From Flavobacteriales bacterium (GTDB lineage Bacteria; Bacteroidota; Bacteroidia; JANQJC01): a DNA stretch of 64,000 nucleotides. Below the pieces are notes generated by a model. That model saw only the letters and a program-made list of their open reading frames with translations, did no database searches and had not been told where the DNA came from. A program made the position numbers and the translations under genes. The stretch is from positions 9,854-73,853 of the forward strand of contig JANQJC010000100.1 of NCBI GenBank assembly GCA_028281825.1, given 5' to 3'. Below are positions 8,916 to 19,283 of this stretch, piece after piece. The stretch's first letter is position 1. Every line of letters starts with the position of its first letter.

Positions 8916-10876
8916 TATTGTGAGTCCCTTTTTCCCTTCAGGGCTACATTTAAGTTGTTTTTAAATAGTTGATTGTTAGGATTTAGCTCGACTGCCTTTC
9001 GCCCTGCTGCAATTGCTTCATCCCACATTTTTAACATATTGTAGGCGGAGCACATATTATTGTAAGCCACATCATAATCGGGTTTTAGCTTTAATGCTTC
9101 CTTACACGCTTCGATGCAATCCTTATACCTTTTTAGGTTGTAATATTCCAAACTTAGGTTTAAATATGCTTCAGCACTAGGGTTTTTCTTAATGACTGCT
9201 GCTTTGTCGTCTACTGAAAGTACTTTATCACCCCCCACTTTAAGCACAATATCGTAGTATTGCTGCATTCTGGCGTGTTGCGGGCTTAACCTCAATCCCT
9301 GAGAAAGGACATCTGCAGCTTCCTGATATCTTTTTTGGTCTAACAAAAATTTGCCATAGTAGCTGTAGCACTCGGGATTGTTAGGGTTAAACCTCATTGA
9401 ATTTCTAAAGCTGCTTTCGGCTGCCTTATTATCACCAGTAGCTGCGTGCAGAACACCCATATTAATGTAGGCATAAGAGTACTGGGGCCATAGTTCAATG
9501 GTCTTGTTGAAGCAGACCTTGGCACCTTCATAATCACCCTTTTTCATCAGGGCATTGCCATAATTCATCCACCCGCGTCCATTGAGTGGTGATTTTTCAG
9601 TTACATCTTTCCAAAGGGTTTCTCCACTGCTCCACACTTCATTGCGCATATAAGTACCTGTAGCATGTGCCATAATCGCTATTAAGGAGAGCATTAATGT
9701 TACAAAATTGAATAATTGTCTTGGGAACATGTCCACGTATTTATAGTATAACCTTGCCAATACCCAAACACCGGCTATTACCAAACCTATATAAGGGAAG
9801 AATACGCGGTGGTCATTTAGTACTTCAGCAAAAGGTACCACGGTGGTGGGTATCAAAGCCAAAAAGAACCAAAGAATACCATAGGTGATAGGGCGTGTTT
9901 CTCTTTTTATAGAAGCTTTGACTGCAATACCCAACATCGCTATAATAAAAGTAATACCTACCAGTACCCTATCATCAAAAGGGTTGGTAATCAATGTCCA
10001 ATCAGTATCGGCACTCAGGTTTACAGGAAGGACGAAATTATTGAAGTAGTGAACATATACAAAGGCTTGGGTTTGTATGTAGGTCCATTTGTCTTCGCTG
10101 CCTGAGGTCCAGGTCTCTGGGGTCATTTTTTGGAAAAAAACGAACATCCCGATGGCTATTAGACCAGCTGGAATAACATACAATGCCGGATACCAAACCT
10201 CTTTTTTGAAAAACTTCTTAAAAATCCCTCCGACACTTAAATCTTTCTCAAAGAAAACAATAAGGAAATAAAGCAAAGGGACAGCCATGGCGCCAGTTTC
10301 TTTCACAAAAAAACCAATAACCATGAACATGCAAAAAATGTAGAATTTGCGCCATTTGGGTAGATAGATATAGCTCACAATAGAGGCTACTATCATCAAG
10401 GTGCTAAAGGAGTCTGAGCGGGCTATGATATAGTTGATGGTTTCCGCATTGGCGGTGTGGTAGCAGAAAAAAGCAGCAGCTATTAGTGCTATCCACTTGT
10501 TTGCAGCATGGGGATAGGCTGCGTTAAATATGTATAGAAACAGAAAATAGAGCAATATCCCCAGCAGTACAAAGCTGATAAAGATGCTCAAGTGGAATTG
10601 AAAAGGCTCAGGTTTTTCTTTACCGCTCAACCAAAAATCAATGGCATTAAGAGTAGTTAATCCTGGCCTGTAAGCCTGATTGGCAGGCAAGGAGCTGGTG
10701 GTTGTAGCATCTTTGAAAAAGGTGGGAATGTTACTTATATCCCTTATTGCAGCATTGCTTTCAATGGTATGCGCATCATCAAAATGAAAAGGATTATTGA
10801 AGTGGTTGGAGTATACCAAAGTCAAGCCTGCAATGGCTATCAGTCCTGCTATTAGTAATTTGCTATCCAGTTTCAT
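8915..10876 (-). CDS. TMTC-like GT-C membrane glycosyltransferase with C-terminal TPR repeats
   Basis: FHFDD (DD in first loop), YRP, ETINYIIARSD, P..LSAD and DHRVFFP in a multi-TM N-half; TPR array in the C-terminal ~240 aa; TAATG coupling to the carbamoyltransferase. Confidence 0.8.
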   Translation of the reverse strand: MKLDSKLLIAGLIAIAGLTLVYSNHFNNPFHFDDAHTIESNAAIRDISNIPTFFKDATTTSSLPANQAYRPGLTTLNAIDFWLSGKEKPEPFQFHLSIFISFVLLGILLYFLFLYIFNAAYPHAANKWIALIAAAFFCYHTANAETINYIIARSDSFSTLMIVASIVSYIYLPKWRKFYIFCMFMVIGFFVKETGAMAVPLLYFLIVFFEKDLSVGGIFKKFFKKEVWYPALYVIPAGLIAIGMFVFFQKMTPETWTSGSEDKWTYIQTQAFVYVHYFNNFVLPVNLSADTDWTLITNPFDDRVLVGITFIIAMLGIAVKASIKRETRPITYGILWFFLALIPTTVVPFAEVLNDHRVFFPYIGLVIAGVWVLARLYYKYVDMFPRQLFNFVTLMLSLIAIMAHATGTYMRNEVWSSGETLWKDVTEKSPLNGRGWMNYGNALMKKGDYEGAKVCFNKTIELWPQYSYAYINMGVLHAATGDNKAAESSFRNSMRFNPNNPECYSYYGKFLLDQKRYQEAADVLSQGLRLSPQHARMQQYYDIVLKVGGDKVLSVDDKAAVIKKNPSAEAYLNLSLEYYNLKRYKDCIEACKEALKLKPDYDVAYNNMCSAYNMLKMWDEAIAAGRKAVELNPNNQLFKNNLNVALKGKRDSQ

Positions 10877-11100
10877 TAGTGAGTATGAAAACGCAAATAT
10901 GGTAATTTGAACGGGAAACAGGAAAGATGATTATCAAGATAGGTTAAATTGCATAGTATTTTTGCGGCTCCTATATATAACACTTTGATAACGAATACAA
11001 GACCAACGCTGAGCCTGTTTTTTTCGTGTTTCTTCACAAGGCCATGAAAACACTATCTTTCTCTTTCAAAATATTGAGTCTATTTCATACCTTTATCCTG

Positions 11101-14100
11101 ATGTTTTCATCCATCAAAAAGGGTATAGCCATTGGCTGCATGCTATTTTTCGGTATGCAGTTTTGTGCATTGGCCCAGTTTGAAAACCATATTTGGTTTT
11201 TTGGCAACTCAACCACTGGTGTTCAATTCGACCAGACAACCAATCAGCCTGCTCCGTGGAATGTGCAATACACCCCTTGGGGTGGTGAGGGAACAGGTGT
11301 AGTTACTGACCCCATCACGGGGCAGTTGTTGTTTTACTCGGATGGAGCAAGGGTAATCAATGCCAACCATGTGGTGATGGCCAACGGTGGTGGTATGGTG
11401 GGCAATCCCTCCAGTGCACAGGCGGTGGCTTTTTGCCCTGTGCCAGGCAGATGTAATGAATACTATATTTTCTCCAATTCTGTAGGCTCTGGGTGGCCAA
11501 ATAGCGATGTGCGCTCTACTATCGTTGATATGAATGCCAATGGTGGCTTGGGTAATGTTCCTGCGGCAACCAAAAATATATTGGTAAGGTCAGGAGTGAA
11601 GGAAGGAATGATTATGATACCCCGCCCAGGCTTGGATGAATATTGGCTGCTGGGAACCAACCAGGCAAATGGTAGCTTTTATGTCTATAAAATTGATATT
11701 TCAGGTATCAATTTAGCTGGAACTTACACTTTTGGTAATTGCTCTTATACTTATAACATAAGATATAGCCCAGCATCAGGTAAGATATGTGTGGCTTGCC
11801 CAACGGGACAATATTTCTATACTTTGGATTTTAATGTTGCTACGGGAGTTTTGAGTAATTACCAAGTGATAGACAATATGCCCAACGCTTATGACTCAGA
11901 ATGGTCGGCGGATGGCACTAAGCTCTATTATTCGGCGTGGTCAAATGTGCAAATAAGGCAATATGATTACAACACTGGAACTATAACTCCGCTTTGGTCT
12001 TCTGCTAACTATGGCGGTGGTTTGAAAATGGCGCCAGATGGCAAGATATATCATATACCCAGCAACAATGGTACATTCTTATCTACTATTGATAACCCCA
12101 ACGCGGCAGGAGTGGCTTGTGGGTACAATCTTAATTCATACAACGCAGGAGGAGCAATTGGAGGACTCAAACTGCCAGAGGTACTAAGTGTAGATTATTT
12201 TAATATGGAGCTTACTGGTTTTTCAGAAAACGTAACTTGCAATGGTGCTGCCGATGGAAGGGCATGGGTAGATGTGGTGGGTGGTACGCCACCCTATACT
12301 TATGATTGGAGTGATGGGCAGACAACTGATACAGCTGTTGGACTTGGGCCAGGAATTTATGATGTAATTGTTACTGATGCTGTTGGATGCAGGAACATAG
12401 AGTTTATTAGTGGAGCACTGGAAATTACTGAACCTCCTGTATTGGATATCACAGCAACCATAGTGGATACGGTAAGTTGCAATGGATTGAGTGATGGCAC
12501 GCTTAATGCATCAGCAACAGGTGGCACACAACCCCATACTTACGCATGGAATACAAACCCACCACAAATTTCTCCAACAGCAACTGGAATAGGGGCAGGG
12601 CAGGTTCAAGCAGGAGTAATGGATGCAAATGGGTGTACCGATAGTGTAACTATTACGATGCCAGAGCCAACGGCTGTTTCATTAGACATTTCAGGAAATG
12701 ATGCTACTTGTTTTGGTGGTAGTGATGGTGATGCTACAGTTATAGCTACTGGAGGCAATGGAGGCTTTACTTATAACTGGGACACAAATCCAAGCCAAAA
12801 TACAGCATTAGCATCGGGCTTGGCCGCGGGGCTATATTCAGTTACAGTAACTGATAGTAAAAACTGCTCTGAAGATACTTCTATCACCATAAATGAACCA
12901 TCGGATTTAGTGCTATCCATGAGTATCGGAGCGGTATCTTGCGCTGGTGGTTCAGGAGGGACAGCAACGGTAACACCTCTTGGAGGAACACCTGGATACA
13001 CCTATCTATGGAGCACGAATCCTGCCCAGACTGCAGCTACGGCAACTAACTTACCGGCGGGAAGTTATACCGTTACAGTTACAGACGCTAATCAATGTGT
13101 TAAGACAGCAGATACAACGGTGGTTGAACCCACGCCTTTAGTTGTTAACAAGTTTGACTCAACAGATGTGAGTTGTAATGGTGGCAGCGATGGTACAGCC
13201 ACTGTAACTACCTCAGGTGGTACCATGCCTTATAGTTATACATGGACTGGCGGAGATACCGACTCGATAGGTAATGGTTTTTCAGCAGGCACAGCCACTG
13301 TAACTGTTACAGATGCTAATGCCTGTACTGAAGTGGCCACTTTTGCTATTAATGAGCCTCCTGTTCTTACAGCAACTGTGATTGACTCTGTTGATGTGAG
13401 TTGTAATGGTGGTGATGATGGTGAAGCTACAGTTCAAGAAAATGGAGGTGTCGGGCCTTACAGTTACACATGGTCCTCAAGTGGAAATGCAGCAACAGAA
13501 ACAGGATTAGCTGCGGGTACACACACCGTAACCATTACCGATGACAATGGATGTAATTCAATTGCAACGGTACTTATAGGTGAGCCTACTGCAATTGTGT
13601 TTTCGAGTTATGGAGATACAACAATTTGTATTGGGCAATCAGCAGACATGGGCACTAACACTAATGGTGGAACACCGCCGTATAGTTTTGCATGGAGTAA
13701 TAACGTTTCAGGAGCTACACAATCTGTGAGCCCGACAGTAACCACTGATTATACTGTGACGGTAACCGATGCACAGAATTGTACCGTGCCACCAGAAACA
13801 GTGAGTATTACCGTAAGGCTACCTATTACAGCTGCAGCATCTGAGCCAGATACCATTTGTGAGACATTCAGTACAACGGTGAGTGTAAGCGCAACTGGTG
13901 GTGATGGTAACTTCAGTTACTTGTGGGATAATGGTTTAAGTTCTGGCACGGGACCACACACGGTAAGCCCTGTATCCACAACTACATACACAGTTACGGT
14001 AACAGATGGTTGCGGAACACCTGCTGATAATGCTTCTGTAACGATATTGGTAAACCCATTGCCAGACGTAGCTTTCGAGGCTATTCCTGAAGAAGGTTGT

Positions 14101-14841
14101 ATGCCACTTGAAGTGGAATTCAGAAATCAAACCACTATATCATCAGGTAGTATTGCCAAGTATAATTGGAGTTTTGGTGACACAGTAACCAGTGCCGAAA
14201 CAAGCCCTGTGCATACTTATTTGCAAGATGGTGTTTATACCGTATCGCTAGTGGTAACATCAGCAGCTGGGTGTTCAGACTCATTGACTTATACTGACAT
14301 GATTACGGTATATCCTTTACCAACAGCAGGATTTACTTTTAGTCCGCCAGTAATAGATATGGCAAACCCCGTGATTGATATAAAAGATGCGAGCTCAGAT
14401 GCCATTGCTTGGGATTGGGACTTCGGAGACTTGACATTTTCCACTGAGCAAAGCCCAAGCCATGAGTACCCTGACTCGGGCTTGTATCAAATTACCCAAA
14501 TAGTTACTAACCAGTATGAGTGCACTGATACGGCAACAGATATGGTGCAAGTAGATGGGGCTTTTCTGGTATACATACCCAATGCCTTTACCCCTAGTGG
14601 TGACAGTGATAATGAGATATTCATTGAAAAAGGTATGGGCATCCAGTCAAGGGAAATGCGCATATATAACAGGTGGGGTGAGCAAGTGTTTTTTACCCAA
14701 CAGATGGATGAAGGCTGGGATGGTTTGCATCCAATAACGGCAGAACCCATGGAACAAGGGGTATATGTGTACTATCTGGAACTGCTCTCTATCCTTAATG
14801 AAAGCCACCAATACAGGGGCAAGGTATTACTCATCAGGTAG
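11101..14841 (+). CDS. T9SS type-B CTD adhesin-like protein (beta-propeller-like N-terminus, SprB repeats, PKD domains)
   Basis: Signal peptide ending ALA-Q (start 11101 preferred; ORF open from 11026); repeated VSCNG..DG...GGTPPYTY.W...VTVTDAN.C units; two PKD domains (W.FGD); CTD YIPNAFTP...IYNRWG...GVYVY...GKVLLIR. Confidence 0.88.
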   Translation: MFSSIKKGIAIGCMLFFGMQFCALAQFENHIWFFGNSTTGVQFDQTTNQPAPWNVQYTPWGGEGTGVVTDPITGQLLFYSDGARVINANHVVMANGGGMVGNPSSAQAVAFCPVPGRCNEYYIFSNSVGSGWPNSDVRSTIVDMNANGGLGNVPAATKNILVRSGVKEGMIMIPRPGLDEYWLLGTNQANGSFYVYKIDISGINLAGTYTFGNCSYTYNIRYSPASGKICVACPTGQYFYTLDFNVATGVLSNYQVIDNMPNAYDSEWSADGTKLYYSAWSNVQIRQYDYNTGTITPLWSSANYGGGLKMAPDGKIYHIPSNNGTFLSTIDNPNAAGVACGYNLNSYNAGGAIGGLKLPEVLSVDYFNMELTGFSENVTCNGAADGRAWVDVVGGTPPYTYDWSDGQTTDTAVGLGPGIYDVIVTDAVGCRNIEFISGALEITEPPVLDITATIVDTVSCNGLSDGTLNASATGGTQPHTYAWNTNPPQISPTATGIGAGQVQAGVMDANGCTDSVTITMPEPTAVSLDISGNDATCFGGSDGDATVIATGGNGGFTYNWDTNPSQNTALASGLAAGLYSVTVTDSKNCSEDTSITINEPSDLVLSMSIGAVSCAGGSGGTATVTPLGGTPGYTYLWSTNPAQTAATATNLPAGSYTVTVTDANQCVKTADTTVVEPTPLVVNKFDSTDVSCNGGSDGTATVTTSGGTMPYSYTWTGGDTDSIGNGFSAGTATVTVTDANACTEVATFAINEPPVLTATVIDSVDVSCNGGDDGEATVQENGGVGPYSYTWSSSGNAATETGLAAGTHTVTITDDNGCNSIATVLIGEPTAIVFSSYGDTTICIGQSADMGTNTNGGTPPYSFAWSNNVSGATQSVSPTVTTDYTVTVTDAQNCTVPPETVSITVRLPITAAASEPDTICETFSTTVSVSATGGDGNFSYLWDNGLSSGTGPHTVSPVSTTTYTVTVTDGCGTPADNASVTILVNPLPDVAFEAIPEEGCMPLEVEFRNQTTISSGSIAKYNWSFGDTVTSAETSPVHTYLQDGVYTVSLVVTSAAGCSDSLTYTDMITVYPLPTAGFTFSPPVIDMANPVIDIKDASSDAIAWDWDFGDLTFSTEQSPSHEYPDSGLYQITQIVTNQYECTDTATDMVQVDGAFLVYIPNAFTPSGDSDNEIFIEKGMGIQSREMRIYNRWGEQVFFTQQMDEGWDGLHPITAEPMEQGVYVYYLELLSILNESHQYRGKVLLIR

Positions 14842-14886
14842 TTTTCCTATTAGTTATTTCACGCTATCTTTACGGCCATAATTATT

Positions 14887-15714
14887 ATGGCTGAAGAAGA
14901 ACAAGAAGGTAAAGACCTATCATTTCTAGGGCACCTGGAAGAGTTGCGATGGCATTTGATAAAGTCAGTTGCCGCTATAGTTCTTGTTGGTATTGTCGCT
15001 TTTTTAGCCAAAGGGATTGTTTTTGATACCATAATCCTTGCCCCTCAAAGTGAGGATTTTCCTACTTACAGGCTTTTCTGTTGGCTTTCCCATAAGTTCA
15101 ATCTCGGTGATGCCCTGTGTATCGGCAAGCCAGATTTTGAGTTGATTAATATTGAAATGTCAGGTCAGTTTACTACACATATTTTGGTGTCGATAGCTGC
15201 TGGTTTTGTAGTGGCATTTCCCTACGTGATGTTTCAAGTGTGGAGCTTTATTAAGCCAGCTTTGTATGAAGAAGAACAGAAATATGCAACTGGTGCAGTT
15301 TTTTTTACCTCTATTCTTTTTCTGCTGGGTGTAGGGTTCGGTTATTTTATGATAGCTCCATTATCAGTCAATTTCCTAGGTAACTATCAGGTGAGTGAAG
15401 CAGTGCACAACCAAATAAGCCTGAGCTCATTTATATCTACTGTTACCACGCTCACACTCTTAACGGGGCTTGTTTTTGAATTACCTGTTATCATGTATTT
15501 TTTAACAAGGGTAGGATTGGTTACTCCACACTTTTTAAGGCAATACAGAAAGCATGCACTAGTAGTACTATTGATTTTATCTGCCATCATTACCCCGCCA
15601 GATATCACAAGCCAGGTGCTGGTGTGTATTCCATTATTGATACTGTATGAGGTAAGTATTTATGTGTCAGCGGTGGTGATTAGAAACAGGGAAGAGAAAG
15701 ACCGAGGTGTATAA
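14887..15714 (+). CDS. tatC: Twin-arginine translocase subunit TatC
   Basis: SFLGHLEELRWHL, FIKPALY, FELP, RKHA and AIITPPD motifs. Confidence 0.96.
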   Translation: MAEEEQEGKDLSFLGHLEELRWHLIKSVAAIVLVGIVAFLAKGIVFDTIILAPQSEDFPTYRLFCWLSHKFNLGDALCIGKPDFELINIEMSGQFTTHILVSIAAGFVVAFPYVMFQVWSFIKPALYEEEQKYATGAVFFTSILFLLGVGFGYFMIAPLSVNFLGNYQVSEAVHNQISLSSFISTVTTLTLLTGLVFELPVIMYFLTRVGLVTPHFLRQYRKHALVVLLILSAIITPPDITSQVLVCIPLLILYEVSIYVSAVVIRNREEKDRGV

Positions 15715-15815
15715 AACAATAATAACTTCTTGCCTAAGCCTAAAAGAAAATAGTTGATTATCGCTATTTTTAGCCGATTCTTTCTTCAACCTAGCATAAC
15801 ATTTGGTGATAACCC

Positions 15816-18302
15816 GTGGGGAAACCATTTCACATACATCCATTTGTACTTAGGTGGTTTTGTTTGCTGCTGTTGTTTGTACTAGCCAACCAGGCATCTG
15901 CGCAGATAACCAAAGTAAGCGGACAGGTGGTAGACATTGAAACAGGGGAAGGGCTTTCTTTTGTAAACGTAATTTTTCAGAATTCAACCGTAGGAACCAT
16001 CACTGATTTGGATGGTTACTACAATATTGAGACATCATACCCTACTGATACACTTGTAGCTTCATTTGTAGGCTATGATGTGATGAAAATGCCAGTAGTT
16101 AAGCAAACCAAGCAAAAGATAAACTTTAACATGAAGAGCAGCACCTTTGAAATGGAGGCTGTGGTGGTTAAACCAGGGGAGAACCCAGCCCATCCTATTC
16201 TAAGGAATATTATTGCAAATAAGGACAATAACAACAAGGAGAAACTCAATTATTACCAATACGAAGTGTACAATAAAGTACAGTTTGATATCAATAACAT
16301 CACGGAGAAGTTTGAGAATAGAAAAGTGTTTAAACCCTTCAAGTTTGTATTTGACAATATAGATACTTCGGAGGTAAATGGCAAGCGCTACCTTCCTACC
16401 TTCATCACCGAATCGCTCTCAGATGTATACTACCGCAAAAGGCCTAAGTCTCAAAAAGAATACATCAAAGCGACGCAAGCATCTGGCGTGGATAATGAAA
16501 GTGTGGGGCAGTTTTTGGGAGACATGTACCAAAACATCAACATCTATGACAACTTTATATTGATTATTGGAAAGTCTTTTGTGAGCCCTATCGCCAATTT
16601 TGGTAAGCAGTATTACAAGTATTATCTGGAAGATAGTACCCATATTGGACAGCATTGGGCGTATAAAATCCGCTTTTTGCCTAAGCTCAAGCAAGAGCCT
16701 ACTTTTTATGGGGAGTTTTGGGTGGCTGATTCAACCTGGGCTATATTAAAAGTAGACATGAGAGTATCTGAGCAAGCCAATATCAACTGGGTGCAAGATG
16801 CCGTAGTGTATCAGGAGTATGATTTTGTAGCTGATAGTGCCTGGATGTTAACCAAAGATAGACTGGTGGTTGACTTTGCTGTTGGAGAAAATGGTATGGG
16901 GTTGTATGGCACCAAAACTACTACTTACCGAGACTTCAAGATTAATGAGCCTAAACCCGATGAGTTTTATTCAGGGGTGCAAAATATCATATTGGGGGAT
17001 AATGTTGATGAAAAGCCCGATGAGTTCTGGGAACAGCACAGGCATGAGGGCTTGAGTAAAAAAGAAGCATCCATATACCACATAGCGGATACTATACAAA
17101 CATTGCCAGCCTTCAAAACTTGGTACGATATTGTGAAGCTGGTAGTCAGTGGTCATTACGCAATCGGCAAGTTTGATTATGGCCCTGTCTACACCACATA
17201 CAGTTTCAATCAAATAGAAGGCCATCGCATCAGGTTAGGCGGCAGAACCAATAATGACCTAAGTACTAAGGTAAGGCTAGAAGGGTACGGCGCTTATGGT
17301 TTCAGAGACCAAAGATTTAAGTACGGTGGAGGGGTGCTTATATTCCTTTCTAAAAAACCAAGACAATTAATTGATGCCCATTGTGAATATGATATGGAGC
17401 AACTTGGGCAAAGCCAAAACGCTTTTAGGGAGGATAACCTTTTTGCTTCGTTTTTCAGGCGTAGGCCGTTTACCAAACTCTCCAGGGTAATGGACGTAAG
17501 TGGTAGTTATACTTTTGAGTGGTTCCCAGGTTTCTCACACAAGATTGGTTTTGTGCATAGGGAAATTTCACCTGCGGATACCAATTTTATTGCATACAAA
17601 TACACTGATGACAGTTTTAAGGATAATGAGATAATAACATCGGAAGCCCGCTTTGAAACACGTTTTGCCTTTGATGAAAAATTCATCGATGGTGATTTAA
17701 ATCGCTTGAGTTTAGGCACCAAATGGCCAGTTTTGCAGTTCCGTTATTCTTATGGATTAAAAGGTTTATGGGATGGCCAGTTTGAATATCACAAATTTGA
17801 CTTTAGTGTAGATGATTGGTTTAAGGTGGCGCCTGTGGGATACATATCTTATATCATCACTGCCGGTAAAACTTGGGGAACGCTGCCATTTCCACTGCTA
17901 TTCTTGCATCAGGGTAATGAGACCTATACCTATGACAGTTACGCATACAATATGATGAACTATATTGAGTTTGTAAGTGATGAGTTTGCGAGCCTTTCGG
18001 TTCAGTGGCACTTAAACGGATATCTATTAAATAAAATACCTTTGATGCGAAAATTAAGGCTGAGAGAGGTAGCTTCGGCTAAAGTGCTGACAGGGAGAAT
18101 GGTGCAAGACACTCGCTCCGTAATGGAGTTCTCTGAAGAGTTATACACCTTTGATAATGGGAAACCCTATATGGAAGTAGGAGTAGGTATAGAAAACATT
18201 TTGAACATTTTCAGGATTGACCTGGTTTGGAGACTATCCTATCTCAATCATCCAAACATAGAGCAAATAGGTATTAGAGGTAATTTCTATTTCAATTTCT
18301 AA
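15816..18302 (+). CDS. Outer-membrane protein with carboxypeptidase-like regulatory N-domain and DUF5686-type barrel
   Basis: Signal peptide; [17 protein letters not shown]...[10 protein letters not shown]...SFVGY N-domain; [24 protein letters not shown] end with terminal Phe. Confidence 0.8.
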   Translation: MGKPFHIHPFVLRWFCLLLLFVLANQASAQITKVSGQVVDIETGEGLSFVNVIFQNSTVGTITDLDGYYNIETSYPTDTLVASFVGYDVMKMPVVKQTKQKINFNMKSSTFEMEAVVVKPGENPAHPILRNIIANKDNNNKEKLNYYQYEVYNKVQFDINNITEKFENRKVFKPFKFVFDNIDTSEVNGKRYLPTFITESLSDVYYRKRPKSQKEYIKATQASGVDNESVGQFLGDMYQNINIYDNFILIIGKSFVSPIANFGKQYYKYYLEDSTHIGQHWAYKIRFLPKLKQEPTFYGEFWVADSTWAILKVDMRVSEQANINWVQDAVVYQEYDFVADSAWMLTKDRLVVDFAVGENGMGLYGTKTTTYRDFKINEPKPDEFYSGVQNIILGDNVDEKPDEFWEQHRHEGLSKKEASIYHIADTIQTLPAFKTWYDIVKLVVSGHYAIGKFDYGPVYTTYSFNQIEGHRIRLGGRTNNDLSTKVRLEGYGAYGFRDQRFKYGGGVLIFLSKKPRQLIDAHCEYDMEQLGQSQNAFREDNLFASFFRRRPFTKLSRVMDVSGSYTFEWFPGFSHKIGFVHREISPADTNFIAYKYTDDSFKDNEIITSEARFETRFAFDEKFIDGDLNRLSLGTKWPVLQFRYSYGLKGLWDGQFEYHKFDFSVDDWFKVAPVGYISYIITAGKTWGTLPFPLLFLHQGNETYTYDSYAYNMMNYIEFVSDEFASLSVQWHLNGYLLNKIPLMRKLRLREVASAKVLTGRMVQDTRSVMEFSEELYTFDNGKPYMEVGVGIENILNIFRIDLVWRLSYLNHPNIEQIGIRGNFYFNF

Positions 18303-18304
18303 GC

Positions 18305-19057
18305 ATGAAGTTAAGGGCAGATAATCTGGTAAAACAATACAAAAGCCGCGTGGTGGTAAACCATGTAAGTGTAGAGGTTAATCGTGGTGAGATAGTGGGA
18401 TTGCTAGGTCCAAACGGTGCTGGAAAAACAACTACCTTCTACATGATAGTGGGTTTGGTAAGGCCTAACGAGGGCAATATTTATTTGGATGATGAGAATA
18501 TCACCAAGTTGCCTATGTATAAACGTGCACAGAAGGGCGTGGGCTACTTGGCACAAGAGGCTTCAGTATTCCGCAAACTAAGCGTGGAAGACAACATCAT
18601 GGCGGTATTGCAGATGACCAGGCTCACCAAAAAAGAGCAACAAATGAAAATGGAAAACCTACTGGAAGAGTTTGGTTTAGGCCATGTGCGCAAGAATCAG
18701 GGAGATGTGCTTTCAGGAGGTGAGCGCCGCAGAACCGAAATAGCACGGGCCTTGGCGGTTGACCCCAATTTTATCCTGCTGGATGAACCCTTTGCTGGTG
18801 TTGACCCCATTGCGGTTGAGGACATACAAACCATAGTACATAGCCTGAAAGAAAAGAACATCGGTATACTTATTACTGACCATAACGTACACGAGACCTT
18901 GCGCATAACAGACAGGGCCTACCTGCTTTTCGAAGGCTCTATCCTCAAAGCGGGCACTGCAGAAGAACTAGCAGAGGACGAAAAAGTACGAAAAGTATAC
19001 TTGGGTCAAAACTTCGAGTTGAGAAAGCAAAACCCCTCTGAACGTCAACAGCAATAG
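18305..19057 (+). CDS. lptB: LPS export ABC transporter ATP-binding protein LptB
   Basis: [59 protein letters not shown]. Confidence 0.96.
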   Translation: MKLRADNLVKQYKSRVVVNHVSVEVNRGEIVGLLGPNGAGKTTTFYMIVGLVRPNEGNIYLDDENITKLPMYKRAQKGVGYLAQEASVFRKLSVEDNIMAVLQMTRLTKKEQQMKMENLLEEFGLGHVRKNQGDVLSGGERRRTEIARALAVDPNFILLDEPFAGVDPIAVEDIQTIVHSLKEKNIGILITDHNVHETLRITDRAYLLFEGSILKAGTAEELAEDEKVRKVYLGQNFELRKQNPSERQQQ

Positions 19058-19283
19058 AGGGTTATTAAAATACACGATGTTATTCAGCGATCAAGATTTT
19101 CCGTGAGTCCCTCGATGGTGTCGATAAAACTTTGTTTACTTTATAAATAAATTGTAATGTACACTCAATTTATAGTAAAGTGTACTTATTAGTTCGCAGG
19201 CATAGACCCGCAATCTCATACTAAAGGCCCTCATTACTAGCGAAGTGGGAGCAATAGATTGTTTTTTGTTTCTTTGTTTAGTG

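Noticed and set aside
12200-14050. CRISPR-like or DNA tandem repeats
   Set aside because: The similar segments (e.g. GATGTGAGTTGTAATGGTGG twice) are coding SprB repeats within one ORF.
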